From contig CAXGMD010000026.1 of assembly GCA_964010765.1 (NCBI GenBank), positions 1-38,347 of the forward strand: 38,347 nt of DNA, given 5' to 3'. This document shows, in pieces, positions 10,682-20,770 of the stretch. The notes below the pieces were generated by a model that was not told where the DNA came from, ran no database searches, and saw nothing but the letters and a program-made list of their open reading frames with translations. A program made the position numbers and the translations under genes. This stretch comes from an uncultured bacterium (GTDB taxonomy: Bacteria > SAR324 > NAC60-12). How positions within the stretch are numbered: the stretch's first letter is position 1; every line of letters begins with the position of its first letter.

Positions 10682-11152
10682 GTGACAGATTTTCCGACTC
10701 ATGCAATAGATGCACCGCCTTTTTTCCGCGCCTTGACACTCTGTGCCATTGGGGCAATTTTGGGAAGTTTCCTTCAAGCTGTGTTGGATCGTAAAAGAAT
10801 TCGTCAAAAAAAATTCCAACTCGATGGCGGCGATCAAGTTGCTCAAAGATTGAAAAAATTGAATAGCTTGTCTCCGTCTAGATCTTTCTGTTTTGCTTGT
10901 GGGTCGCAACTAGCTTGGTACGACAATATCCCGATTTGGTCTTATTGCTGGTTACAAGGTCGATGTCGTCTCTGTAGAGTACCATTCAGTAATAAATCAT
11001 TTCGTATGGAACTTGGGTTGGGTTTGGGGCTTGGCCTTTTGGGCTGGAGCATCAAGATAAGCTGGTTGCTTGGAGCCCTCACATTTTTATGGGTGATTTG
11101 CTGGACCGTTTTTTTAAATGCACCAACTAGTTGTGTGGAGAAATCGAAGTAA
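10682..11152 (+). CDS. Prepilin peptidase A24 N-terminal (Zn-binding) domain protein, lacking the peptidase domain
   Basis: GAILGSFL, RSFCFACGSQLAWYDNIPIWSYCWLQGRCRLC (two CxxC); only 156 aa; start uncertain (GTG, no clear SD). Confidence 0.75.
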   Translation: MTDFPTHAIDAPPFFRALTLCAIGAILGSFLQAVLDRKRIRQKKFQLDGGDQVAQRLKKLNSLSPSRSFCFACGSQLAWYDNIPIWSYCWLQGRCRLCRVPFSNKSFRMELGLGLGLGLLGWSIKISWLLGALTFLWVICWTVFLNAPTSCVEKSK

Positions 11153-11185
11153 AGTTTTGCATAAGAATTTATTGGAGATGTTTTA

Positions 11186-11920
11186 GTGAAGATCATTCCT
11201 GCGATTGACTTAAAAAATGGCCGCTGTGTTCGTTTGCTTCAAGGGAAAGAGGATCAGGAAACAGTGTATGGGGAAGACCCGGTTGAAACAGCTCTAAGTT
11301 TTGAAGAGCAGGGTGCTGAACAAATTCATCTAGTAGACTTGGACGGTGCTTTTCGAGGTGAATCCAAAAACTTGGAGCAAGTAGAACGTATTGCTCAAGC
11401 AGTCAAAGTCCCCTTAGAACTTGGTGGCGGTATTCGAAGTTTAAATGACATTTCAAGAGTTTTCGACTTGGGAGTGAGTTTCATTATTATCGGAACGATT
11501 GCGGTGAAAAATCCGAAGATTTTAGAGGAAGCAATCCAAAAGTTTGAGAATCAACTAATCTTGGGTCTTGATGCTAAAGATGGAAAAGTGGCGGTATCAG
11601 GTTGGGTAGAGGTCACAGAATTCAGTGATGAGGAATTCGCAAACCAGTGGAAGCAACATGGGATCAATAGGGTGATTTATACTGATATTGCCCGTGATGG
11701 TATGTTGACAGGTCCAAATTTGAGTTCACTCCGCAGGATGGCGATATCGACTGGGCTGAAAGTAACAGCCTCAGGGGGAGTGTCTTCACTTGATGATTTA
11801 AAACAATTGGTGGAGTTAGAGCGAGACGGAGTGGATGAAGTGATCGTGGGCAAAGCGATCTATGAAAGACAGTTGGATTTGAGAGAAGCGTGTTTGTGGC
11901 TCAATCAACGTGCGGCTTGA
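11186..11920 (+). CDS. hisA: ProFAR isomerase (histidine biosynthesis)
   Basis: IIPAIDLKNGRCVRLLQG, HLVDLDGA, GGGIRS, YTDIARDGMLTGPN, ASGGV, IVGKAIY. Confidence 0.96.
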   Translation: MKIIPAIDLKNGRCVRLLQGKEDQETVYGEDPVETALSFEEQGAEQIHLVDLDGAFRGESKNLEQVERIAQAVKVPLELGGGIRSLNDISRVFDLGVSFIIIGTIAVKNPKILEEAIQKFENQLILGLDAKDGKVAVSGWVEVTEFSDEEFANQWKQHGINRVIYTDIARDGMLTGPNLSSLRRMAISTGLKVTASGGVSSLDDLKQLVELERDGVDEVIVGKAIYERQLDLREACLWLNQRAA

Positions 11921-12085
11921 AGTGTTTAAGTTTGGAAAGGGGAATTGATTTTTTTGAAGAGTTATCATTTCAAATATTTTGATGATTCCAATTTGGTCTT
12001 TTGAGGAATAGTCTCTAACAGATCAATTTGATCAATCGTTTTGGGTTGTTCAGGATCAGTAAATTTCGAAATCAGGAGTTAGTGG

Positions 12086-13051
12086 ATGGAGATGCAATAT
12101 AGAAGGTTGGGTCAAGCAGGAATCAAAGTGAGTGTTTTGTCTTTTGGATCCTGGGTTACTTTTGCCAAACAGCTCCCCTTGGATAATGCCCTCGCGTGTA
12201 TGCAAGCAGCTCATGATGCAGGAGTGAACTTCTTCGACAACGCGGAGGCTTATGAAAAGGGAGAGTCCGAAAAATTGATGGGACAAGCTCTGAAAGAACT
12301 TGGCTGGGCCCGTGAAACTTATCTGGTCTCCACAAAGTTTTTCTGGGGAATCGTGCCGGGGGTCAATACGAAAAACACCTTGAATCGCAAGTATCTCAGA
12401 CAAGCCATGGAACGTTCGCTCGAACGCTTTGGTCTGGATTTCATTGATCTTGTTTTCTGTCATCGCCCTGACCCCGAAACTCCTATTGAAGAAACCGTTT
12501 TTACCATGTCAGAAATGGTTAGTTCCGGGAAAGCTCACTATTGGGGCACTTCCGAATGGTCAGCACAGGAATTGTTGGAGGCCTATGAAATCGCTGAAAG
12601 ATATCACCTTCACAAACCAACGATGGAACAGCCTCAATACCATCTATTCCATCGTGAAAGATTGGAGGAAGAATATGATCCACTTTTCAAAAAATATCAG
12701 ATGGGCACCACAATTTGGAGTCCCCTTGCCTCAGGTATGTTAAGTGGAAAATATCTTGAGGGTATTCCAGCTGATAGCCGAGCCAACCTTCCTGGATATG
12801 AATGGCTCCGAGAGAAACTAACGGATCAAACTACCTTGAATAAGGTGAAGAACCTGAAAGTCATCTCCGATCGACTAGGCTGTTCTCTCTCCCAATTAGC
12901 CCTGGCTTGGTGTGCAAGTAATCCAAATGTTTCCACCGTAATTACTGGGGCAAGTCGAGTGGAGCAAGTTCATGAAAATATGAAATCTTTGGGGGTGTTG
13001 GAATTGCTAACTCCCAGTTTACTTCAAGATATTGAAGGAGCAATCGCCTGA
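12086..13051 (+). CDS. Aldo/keto reductase (Kv-beta-subunit-like group)
   Basis: [54 protein letters not shown]. Confidence 0.9.
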   Translation: MEMQYRRLGQAGIKVSVLSFGSWVTFAKQLPLDNALACMQAAHDAGVNFFDNAEAYEKGESEKLMGQALKELGWARETYLVSTKFFWGIVPGVNTKNTLNRKYLRQAMERSLERFGLDFIDLVFCHRPDPETPIEETVFTMSEMVSSGKAHYWGTSEWSAQELLEAYEIAERYHLHKPTMEQPQYHLFHRERLEEEYDPLFKKYQMGTTIWSPLASGMLSGKYLEGIPADSRANLPGYEWLREKLTDQTTLNKVKNLKVISDRLGCSLSQLALAWCASNPNVSTVITGASRVEQVHENMKSLGVLELLTPSLLQDIEGAIA

Positions 13052-13215
13052 AAAAGTTTTACCTTTAGATTTCAAAATAATTTATTTTGGATAAAGTAAG
13101 TGATAGATCACAAACTAAGAATTATATTAGGACTTGGTTAAGTTTTGTGGATGACCTGCAATCTACTACTTTTTCAAACTAACTAAGCTATGATTAAAAA
13201 AGTTCAAATGATTTC

Positions 13216-13235
13216 ACTAACTATTCATAGTTAGT
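13216..13235. promoter_or_regulatory. Candidate operator, 9-2-9 inverted repeat upstream of the 5'-nucleotidase
   Basis: ACTAACTAT-TC-ATAGTTAGT, ending 68 nt before the ATG at 13303. Confidence 0.35.
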
Positions 13236-13302
13236 TTCGATTTTCTTATTCTCCAATCGAAGACACCATTCATTGGGAATTCAACATTCTTAGGTTTCAA
13301 AA

Positions 13303-15096
13303 ATGAAAAAACTCCTATTTTTCACAAAATTAATTTTTCTTATAATTTTAACAGGTTATGCTCAGGCATACGAATTGACAATACTGCATATGAATGACCA
13401 TCACTCTCATCTATCTGCCGATACTAGCATGGATCTCAAGCTTGCAGGCAAAATGACTCGAGTACGGTCCGGCGGATTCCCAGCTGTTGTTCAGAAGTTC
13501 AAAACTTTAGAATCTCAAAATAGAAATGTGATTAAATTGCACGCTGGAGACGCTATCACTGGAGATCTTTATTTTACACTTTTCGAAGGTGAGGCTGATG
13601 CTGCTTTAATGAATGAAGTTTGTTTCGACGCTCTCGCAATTGGAAATCATGAATTTGATTTTGGAGATACTGGATTAGCTAAATTTTTGGACTTCCTAAA
13701 TGATGGTGAATGCAAAACAACTTTTTTAGCAGCTAACGTCATACCTGAACTAGGTGCCTCAGCTCTCGCCAAGAAAAGTGTAAATGATTATTTACTGCCT
13801 TATGTAATATTAGAAAGAGGAGGTGTCGAAATTGGAATCATCGGCATCGACATCGTTAGCAAAACAACCATTTCATCCAGTCCTGATTCCACGACGAAGT
13901 TTTTAGATGAAAAAAAAACTGCCCAAAAATATGTTAAGGAGTTACAAGATAAAGGAGTCAAACACATAATTCTATTAACCCATTATCAATACAAAAATGA
14001 CCTCGAACTCGCAAAATCACTGGATGGAGTCGATGTCATTGTTGGTGGTGATTCACATTCTCTTTTAGGGAATTTTTCCGAACTCGGGCTTAATTCTGTG
14101 GGGCCCTACCCGACTATCTCCTCAGATAAGTCAGGTCAACCAGTGTGTATTGTTCAGGCATGGCAATTTTCACAAATTGTGGGCGAGCTGATTGTTCAAT
14201 TTGACGAATTAGGTAATGTTAAGGAGTGTTCAGGAACTCCGCATATGATGTTGGCAGATAGTTTTAAGCGCAAAAATAGTGAAGGGGATCGAGTGGAGTT
14301 GGCAGGTGATGTTCGGAAGGATGTGATGTTGGCAGTTGAAGAAAACCCCCTTTTGAGTGTTGTTTCAGAGGACCCCGAAGCAGCTGCTAAACTTGCGACC
14401 TTTACTGAAGCAGTTTCCGAAAAGAAAGCTATTAAAGTAGCAGTTGTTGCAGAGAACTTATGCTTTGAGCGTATACCAGGACAAGGCAGGTCCAAGTTAT
14501 GTGATGTGTCAGTAACGTCCGTAATGGGCTCAGACATATCAAATCTCGTTGCACATGCATTTCGAGACATGGCAAAGGCCAGTCAAATTGCAATTCAAAA
14601 TGGCGGAGGTGTCCGCATTGACATTGGTAAAGGTGATCTGAGCATTGGTGATGCCTACCAATTACTTCCTTTCGCAAATACATTAGTTGAATTGGATATG
14701 TCTGGTGCAGAAATCCACGAAGTTCTCGAGGACGCTTTGGACTTGGCACTCAAACCAGATGGGTCATCAGGGGCTTATCCATACGCTGCTGGTTTAAGAT
14801 GGGATGTTGATGCAAGAAAACAAAAAGGAATGCGAATTTTAAACCTTGAATTCAAAGGCCCAAAAGACAACGAATGGGTCCCTATTTCCAAAACTCGTAT
14901 GTTTAAAGTTGTGACTAACAATTATATAGCCTCCGGGAAAGACGGCTATCTTACATTCGGTAAGGTTAGCAAGGAAGGCCGTGTTGTTGATACCTATTTG
15001 GATTATGCACAAAGTTTTGTTGATTACGCAAGGAAAGTAGGAACACTTAAGAAGTTGCCAGCATCTGAATATTCAACTCAGTCTTTCCAAAAATAG
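13303..15096 (+). CDS. Secreted 5'-nucleotidase, NadN/UshA-like (metallophosphoesterase plus 5'-NT C-domain)
   Basis: Signal peptide; ILHMNDHHSH, HAGDAITG, GNHEFD, GGDSHS, QNGGGVR, LLPFANTL, NNYIASGKDGY. Confidence 0.88.
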   Translation: MKKLLFFTKLIFLIILTGYAQAYELTILHMNDHHSHLSADTSMDLKLAGKMTRVRSGGFPAVVQKFKTLESQNRNVIKLHAGDAITGDLYFTLFEGEADAALMNEVCFDALAIGNHEFDFGDTGLAKFLDFLNDGECKTTFLAANVIPELGASALAKKSVNDYLLPYVILERGGVEIGIIGIDIVSKTTISSSPDSTTKFLDEKKTAQKYVKELQDKGVKHIILLTHYQYKNDLELAKSLDGVDVIVGGDSHSLLGNFSELGLNSVGPYPTISSDKSGQPVCIVQAWQFSQIVGELIVQFDELGNVKECSGTPHMMLADSFKRKNSEGDRVELAGDVRKDVMLAVEENPLLSVVSEDPEAAAKLATFTEAVSEKKAIKVAVVAENLCFERIPGQGRSKLCDVSVTSVMGSDISNLVAHAFRDMAKASQIAIQNGGGVRIDIGKGDLSIGDAYQLLPFANTLVELDMSGAEIHEVLEDALDLALKPDGSSGAYPYAAGLRWDVDARKQKGMRILNLEFKGPKDNEWVPISKTRMFKVVTNNYIASGKDGYLTFGKVSKEGRVVDTYLDYAQSFVDYARKVGTLKKLPASEYSTQSFQK

Positions 15097-15299
15097 ATTT
15101 CAATGGATTTGCAAAGCGCGTTCAAGTGATTTGTTGAACAAGCTTACACTTTATCGATCACACTAAATTCAATTAAGCTTTTGGTGAAATAAAACTTGAA
15201 TTAAGTTCACCTAGAACTTTTTTTAAATCTAAAATTCACTAGAAGTCACATATTACCTCACAGAACCTATAAATTTAACCTGCATCCTAACTGTATCGA

Positions 15300-16064
15300 C
15301 TAGTCAATCGTTGCCCCCCCATCAATAACGAGGTGGGCACCTGTCACGAAAGAGGCTTCATCTGAAGCAAGAAACAGAATGCCATTGGCTATCTCGACAG
15401 GCTCTCCCATGCGTTTCATAGGGGAACCTTGCCCGAATAATTTTCGGCCCTCCTCGACACTAACTCCAATATATTTCATATGATTTTCACTGGCTTGTGT
15501 AAAGATCGCGCCTGGGCAAACCCCATTTACACGAATGTTTTCCAAAGCCAGATCTAGAGCGAGGCAGCGAGTCATTTGCATGATCCCACCCTTGGATGTG
15601 TTGTAGGGTACAAAAGCAGGTTGTGCAATGAAAGAGCTCACAGAAGCAACATTGACGATCGCCCCACCACCATTTGCTCGCAGATGTGGTAAGACTGCCT
15701 GAACCATGTTAGCGTATCCAATGATGTTGACCCCCAAAACTTTTTGCCAGTCCTTTGCGGTAGTCTCTTCAATTTTTCCAAAAACAAATGCTGCTGCGTT
15801 ATTGACAAGGATCTGAAGACTTCCAAAGGACGAGATTGTGGCCTGCACGACTCTTTCAACAGATTTGGAATCAGATACATCAGCTTGCTGATACTCTGCC
15901 TGGCCCCCTGCGTCTCGAAGCATCTGTGCCGTCTTCTTGGCATCCTCTCCGTTGACATCAACAACCATTACTCTGGCACCTTCTTCCACAAATCGAAGGG
16001 CAGTTGCTTTACCGATTCCTGCACCTGAACCGGTGATGATCGCGTTCTTATCCTTTAACCTCAT
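15300..16064 (-). CDS. Short-chain dehydrogenase/reductase (probably NAD-dependent)
   Basis: TGSGAGIG, Asp after beta2 (VVDVN), NNAA, YNTSK catalytic YxxxK; last gene of the sugar operon. Confidence 0.9.
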   Translation of the reverse strand: MRLKDKNAIITGSGAGIGKATALRFVEEGARVMVVDVNGEDAKKTAQMLRDAGGQAEYQQADVSDSKSVERVVQATISSFGSLQILVNNAAAFVFGKIEETTAKDWQKVLGVNIIGYANMVQAVLPHLRANGGGAIVNVASVSSFIAQPAFVPYNTSKGGIMQMTRCLALDLALENIRVNGVCPGAIFTQASENHMKYIGVSVEEGRKLFGQGSPMKRMGEPVEIANGILFLASDEASFVTGAHLVIDGGATID

Positions 16065-16090
16065 AGCTACCTCTGTGCTAATACCTTCGC

Positions 16091-17002
16091 TTAAGCTCTG
16101 TAAATTCGCATTGCATTTAAAGCAAAGAGAGCTTCTTGTTCCTCTTGGCTTCGATGATCCACTAACTTCTGAAATTCTTGATACATGCTTTGAGTATCCC
16201 AGCCCTCCAGTTTTTCTACAGGATAGTTTGAAGCAAAGATGCAGCGCTGGACTCCGAACAAATCAATCACCTTATTGACCGTCTCCTTAATGAGGGAGTC
16301 CTGATGCCAATGCTTGTTTGGATATGTCAGCATTGAGAGTTTTATCGATACCTGGTCAAGATTTGCCAATGCTTGCAATCCTTCCCAGTATTTTTGCCCT
16401 TCCAAAAGATCATCTCTTTTGGGAGTGCCCAGATGATTTAGAATCACCGGAATTTTAGGATTTCTTTGAAAAATCTCAGCAGCTTTTTTGTATTGGTGTG
16501 GATTGCATTGTAAGTCAAATGAATAACCTGCTTCAGCTAATGTGCTAAAACCCTGTTGCCAGTTGTGCAAATCTAACAAGTTTCCGAGTCGACTGTTTCT
16601 GGGCCAGGATGGCTCATGGTTCAGGATCTGACGAATCCCACAGACGTTCGGAATTTTTTGGAGTTGAGCTAAGAGTGACGGCCATTCTGAACTTTCCAGA
16701 GGTCCTGTTGCGACAATCTGATAAGATAGTTTTGATTGAGAACATTGATCAGCAACCCACTTGGCTTCTGCTAAACATGCATTTTCAAACAGAGGCCCAT
16801 CGTGTTCAATATGGCATACGCTGACTGCCTCGACAAACGTTCCACCGATCAACTCAAAACCTTCCATGCGAAGATCAGCTTCATAGCGTTGAATCGTATA
16901 GATCGGATCGTCGTCGGGAGCAAACAATTGGGCTGAATCATGACCACTAGGGCTGTTTGGTCGTACATCCCAAATATGAAAATGTGGATCCCAGACTTTC
17001 AT
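16091..17002 (-). CDS. Amidohydrolase_2 / COG3618-like protein, copy A
   Basis: DPHFHIWD, GIRQIL, FDLQ, NHLG, IKLS, FASNYP motifs. Confidence 0.85.
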   Translation of the reverse strand: MKVWDPHFHIWDVRPNSPSGHDSAQLFAPDDDPIYTIQRYEADLRMEGFELIGGTFVEAVSVCHIEHDGPLFENACLAEAKWVADQCSQSKLSYQIVATGPLESSEWPSLLAQLQKIPNVCGIRQILNHEPSWPRNSRLGNLLDLHNWQQGFSTLAEAGYSFDLQCNPHQYKKAAEIFQRNPKIPVILNHLGTPKRDDLLEGQKYWEGLQALANLDQVSIKLSMLTYPNKHWHQDSLIKETVNKVIDLFGVQRCIFASNYPVEKLEGWDTQSMYQEFQKLVDHRSQEEQEALFALNAMRIYRA

Positions 17003-17029
17003 CCTTCCTCACTGTTGAGGTTAAAGATA

Positions 17030-19219
17030 CTAGCGAACAAAGGCTTCGTGCAAACCACCATCAACGTTGATGAGTTGCCCAGTTGTTCGGCAGAGACGCT
17101 CTGAGGCGAGCAGAAAAATTGCCTCTGCCTGGTGTTCTGGTGAGATCTGTGATTTGAGAAGAGTCCGCTGGGCATAGAAATCTGCCAGACGCTTTCTCAG
17201 ACTTTCAGTATCCTCCTGCTCGTCGAAAGGTAATTGATATTTGGAGAGTGAGGAGATCACTCGTTCTCTTGGGAACATGCTACTTCCTTCCACCACTGTC
17301 GCAGGTGCTAATGCATTGACCCTTACCAGAGGAGCCATTTGAATCGCTAATTCTCTGACTAAATGGTTCAAAGCAGCCTTCGAACTGTCATATGCCAGGC
17401 TGCCCACTTTACTGACGGTTGCGTTGACGGAGGAGGTTAAGATAAGGTTCGCAGACAATCCTTGTCTAAGCCAAACTGTGTGAGCCTCTTCAGCAACCAT
17501 CGCAGGGCCAATCACATTCACATCGTAAGTCTGACGCCACTGGCTATCCGATATGCGACCAGAGGAATCGGGTGGAAAGAACACTCCAGCAGTAATAATC
17601 AAAGTGTCCATCCCTCCGTAAGCCAACACTACATCCTCAAACAGCCTACTCAGACTCTCACGATTGGTCATGTCTGCTGAGCGAGCGAGGGTGGGACCAC
17701 AAGCACTCAGCCCAATGCCAGCTACTCCAATACCCACTCCTACCTTTTTCATTAACTCTTCAGCAGTAGCTTCTGCGGCCAGAGAATTAGCATCTGCGCA
17801 GACAACGTGGGATCCCTCTTTGAGTAAGCGATGGCAAACGGATTTACCAATCCCAGAGCCAGCTCCAATCACAACAGCCACTTGTCTGGACATCTCCTGC
17901 TCCGGAGGCATTCGCCGAAGTTTTGCTTCCTCCAGTAGCCAATACTCTATATCAAAGGCTTCTTGCTGATCGATGGCAACATATTCATCCACTGCTTCAG
18001 CTCCGCGCATTACTTCAAGTGCACAATTATAGAATTCAGCAGTAACTCGGCTCTCACTCTTGTTTTTACCCCAGGCAATCATCCCCAGTCCAGGGATGAG
18101 CACAACGCTGGGGTTGGTGTTCCGGAGTGCAGGAGAATCATCATGCTTACAACGCTCATAGTAAGCAGAATAATCTTGTCGATAGCGATCAAGCCCCTCC
18201 AGAATCAGCTCTTTCAAATCAGCTAGACTCTGATGGTGAGGATCCCACGGTACATACATCGGTTTGATTTTGGTTCGCAGAAAGTGATCCGGACAACTTG
18301 TCCCCAATTCTGACAAACGAACGACATCTTCTGAGTTGACGAAATACCTCATCATTTCATTATCCTGCACTGTCGCAACCAGTCGCTTATCGCTGGATAC
18401 TTGACCACGAAGCCACGGCAGAATCTCAACAAGTGTAGATCTGCGTGCGGATTCGTTTAGCTCGGAATAACGTATTCCTCCGAAAGTCAACTCACCTTTA
18501 TCGTGCTGGGCCAAGTACTCATCAGCTTTTTGGATGATCTCCACGGTCCATTCATAACACTCCTGATCGCTTTCAGCCCAGTTGATCACACCATGTCCGC
18601 CAAGCAATACTCCTCGTGCACTGGGATTTTCTTGGCAAATCTTCTGTAATTGAAGTCCCAGGTCAAAACCTGGTCGTTGCCAGGGAAACCAGACCAAATC
18701 CTCTCCCCAGATCTTTTTCGTCAGTTCCTCAGATCGTTTGGAAGCTGCAATAGCGATTACTGAGTTTGGATGCATATGATCGACATGCTTATGAGGGATG
18801 AAGGCATGTAAAGGAGTATCAATCGAAGCGGCCCTCGGATTCAGATTGAAGGTGCAGTGAGGATACATGCCAACCATCTGATCTTCGATGCTGGTCTTGT
18901 AGCCCTTTACTGGTGCAGAGGTATATTTGGGAATGAGGTCAAGTAGTTTCTGCTGGTACAGAGATGAGAAATTCTCTCGCTTGGAGGTGCGTAGATCTCC
19001 GCCAGAACCTTTGACCCATAGAACCTCGGTTTGCTCACCGCAGAGAGGATCAATTTCTTGAAGTTTTGCAGAGGTATTCCCTCCACCAGTGTTGGTAATC
19101 CGTTGGTCGGAACCCAGCAAATTAGAGCGATAAATCAGTTTGCCAACTGGATCAAGTGTACTTGCATAGTCAGCATCCCATTTCGGGTAGAGTCGATTCG
19201 TGGATGTGGGGTATTTCAT
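17030..19219 (-). CDS. rhaEW: Bifunctional rhamnulose-1-phosphate aldolase / short-chain (lactaldehyde) dehydrogenase
   Basis: RSNLLGSD-ITNTGGGNTSAK, VKGSGGDL, SIDTPLH, HMHP, GTSCPDHFLRTK, EYWLLEEAKL; C-terminal SDR GAGSGIG and YDSSK. Confidence 0.92.
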   Translation of the reverse strand: MKYPTSTNRLYPKWDADYASTLDPVGKLIYRSNLLGSDQRITNTGGGNTSAKLQEIDPLCGEQTEVLWVKGSGGDLRTSKRENFSSLYQQKLLDLIPKYTSAPVKGYKTSIEDQMVGMYPHCTFNLNPRAASIDTPLHAFIPHKHVDHMHPNSVIAIAASKRSEELTKKIWGEDLVWFPWQRPGFDLGLQLQKICQENPSARGVLLGGHGVINWAESDQECYEWTVEIIQKADEYLAQHDKGELTFGGIRYSELNESARRSTLVEILPWLRGQVSSDKRLVATVQDNEMMRYFVNSEDVVRLSELGTSCPDHFLRTKIKPMYVPWDPHHQSLADLKELILEGLDRYRQDYSAYYERCKHDDSPALRNTNPSVVLIPGLGMIAWGKNKSESRVTAEFYNCALEVMRGAEAVDEYVAIDQQEAFDIEYWLLEEAKLRRMPPEQEMSRQVAVVIGAGSGIGKSVCHRLLKEGSHVVCADANSLAAEATAEELMKKVGVGIGVAGIGLSACGPTLARSADMTNRESLSRLFEDVVLAYGGMDTLIITAGVFFPPDSSGRISDSQWRQTYDVNVIGPAMVAEEAHTVWLRQGLSANLILTSSVNATVSKVGSLAYDSSKAALNHLVRELAIQMAPLVRVNALAPATVVEGSSMFPRERVISSLSKYQLPFDEQEDTESLRKRLADFYAQRTLLKSQISPEHQAEAIFLLASERLCRTTGQLINVDGGLHEAFVR

Positions 19220-20697
19220 GGTAATTTCAGGAAGCGTTGATAGGCCTTATCCCAGATAGGCTGATCCTGGGGAAGATATTCTTCAATTTCAAAAGAGTTT
19301 CGGACGGTGTCGCGTATTTCTGAGAGGGAACTCAAATGTCCTAAAGCGAGACTTTGAATCAGAACGTTCCCAATTGCTGTTGCTTCGGACGGACCACTGA
19401 GGACTCTACGTCCAGTAGCATTGGCAGCTAGCTGATTCAGGAGTTTGTTCTTGGATCCACCGCCAACAATGTGGAGTGTTCTGAGGGTTTCACCAGTTGT
19501 CTCTTCAAGTTCGTCCAAAACCTTTCGATAGGAGAGCGCAAGACTTTCCAGGGAACTGCGGACGAAGGCTCCATGGCTCTCAGGGACAAGTTGTTTCGAT
19601 TCAATGCAGTAGGCTGCTATTTTTTCAGGCATTTCACCGATTGTAGTAAACCGAGGATCGTTAGGGTTGATTAGGGATTGTAGAGAGGATGCGGCCGATG
19701 CCATTTCAGTGAGAGTAGAATAATCATAAGAATACCCCTCACTTTCCCACTTGCGCCGACACTCCTGTACAACCCACAATCCACTGATATTTTTCAGTAA
19801 ACGAATACTATGGTTTAAACCAACCTCATTAGTGAAGTTGTATTGTCGGCTCTTGGGGGTGATCACGGGTGCATCCAATTCAACCCCTAATAAGGACCAT
19901 GTACCAGAGCTAAGATACGCCCAATCTTTTTGTCCACTTCGAGCAGGAGTACCAACGACAGCTGCCCCGGTGTCATGCGAACAACTTGCAATGACCTTGG
20001 TGTTGCTGGCTAAGCCTGTGCTCTCAGCAACTTGTTCAGTGATTGGGCCTAGTATCGAGCCACATGGTACAATTTCGGGGAAGAGATCATGGGGCAGTCC
20101 AAGGGCATCAATCAGAGGCCTGGACCATTCCTGCCTGCGGGGATTATAGAGCTGAGTTGTGCTCACCATGGAAGCATCACCTACTGCTACTCCAGAGAAC
20201 ATGTAGTTGAACCAATCACCCATTGTGATCAGTTTGTTAGCAAAGGTCAGTAATTCAGGGGACTCATCTTGGGCAGCAGCGAGTTGATAGATTGTATTGA
20301 TTGGCATGAACTGAATGCCAGTTTCATCAAAAATAAAATCTTCGCCAAGTTGCTTACGAACCTTCTCGTAGTAGACCAGATTTCGTGGATCTCGATAGTG
20401 CCTGGGTGGGGTGAGGATGGGTTCTTGGTCACGAATAAGAACAAAATCAAGTCCCCATGAATCAGCGCTCAAACTTGCAATTGGCAAGTTGAGCTGAACT
20501 GCTTTGCGTACACCAATCCGTAGCTCTTCAAAGATTTGTAGGACATCCCAACGAAGAGACTCTCCTACGGAAATGCCGCCTGTTGGAAAACGATGAATTT
20601 CCTCCAGTTGCAGTTGTCCTTGTTGGAGTATTCCAACCATGACACGGGCGCTTTCAGCACCACAATCCAGCGCAATATAAGCTTGTTTTTGAATCAT
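19216..20697 (-). CDS. rhaB: Rhamnulokinase (FGGY family)
   Basis: ALDCGAESAR, EIHRF, DSWGLDF, YRDPR, TGIQFMPINTIYQL, HDTGAAV, SSGTWSLLG, FTNE, VGGGSKN; ATGA overlap with rhaEW. Confidence 0.9.
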   Translation of the reverse strand: MIQKQAYIALDCGAESARVMVGILQQGQLQLEEIHRFPTGGISVGESLRWDVLQIFEELRIGVRKAVQLNLPIASLSADSWGLDFVLIRDQEPILTPPRHYRDPRNLVYYEKVRKQLGEDFIFDETGIQFMPINTIYQLAAAQDESPELLTFANKLITMGDWFNYMFSGVAVGDASMVSTTQLYNPRRQEWSRPLIDALGLPHDLFPEIVPCGSILGPITEQVAESTGLASNTKVIASCSHDTGAAVVGTPARSGQKDWAYLSSGTWSLLGVELDAPVITPKSRQYNFTNEVGLNHSIRLLKNISGLWVVQECRRKWESEGYSYDYSTLTEMASAASSLQSLINPNDPRFTTIGEMPEKIAAYCIESKQLVPESHGAFVRSSLESLALSYRKVLDELEETTGETLRTLHIVGGGSKNKLLNQLAANATGRRVLSGPSEATAIGNVLIQSLALGHLSSLSEIRDTVRNSFEIEEYLPQDQPIWDKAYQRFLKLP

Positions 20698-20746
20698 TTG
20701 GGAAAGATTGGAGTAAGGCCTGAACTTATTTGATTACTGGGGCATC

Positions 20747-20768
20747 ATTGGTTGAAATTTCAACCAAT
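20747..20768. promoter_or_regulatory. Perfect 22-bp palindrome between amidohydrolase B and rhaB
   Basis: ATTGGTTGAAA|TTTCAACCAAT; function (operator or RNA hairpin) unknown. Confidence 0.5.
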
Positions 20769-20770
20769 AT

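Noticed and set aside
10632..10757. ORF-track N-terminal extension of the beta-barrel gene
   Set aside because: Overlaps the divergent A24_N gene and buries the signal peptide; ATG 10631 has an SD.
13202..13228. Pho-box-like TCA repeats upstream of the 5'-nucleotidase
   Set aside because: Spacing is irregular (10 then 11) and the match to CTGTCAT is poor in AT-rich DNA.
15097..15299. Short inverted and direct repeats between the convergent nucleotidase and SDR genes
   Set aside because: AT-rich, short and imperfect; no convincing terminator, MITE or CRISPR periodicity.
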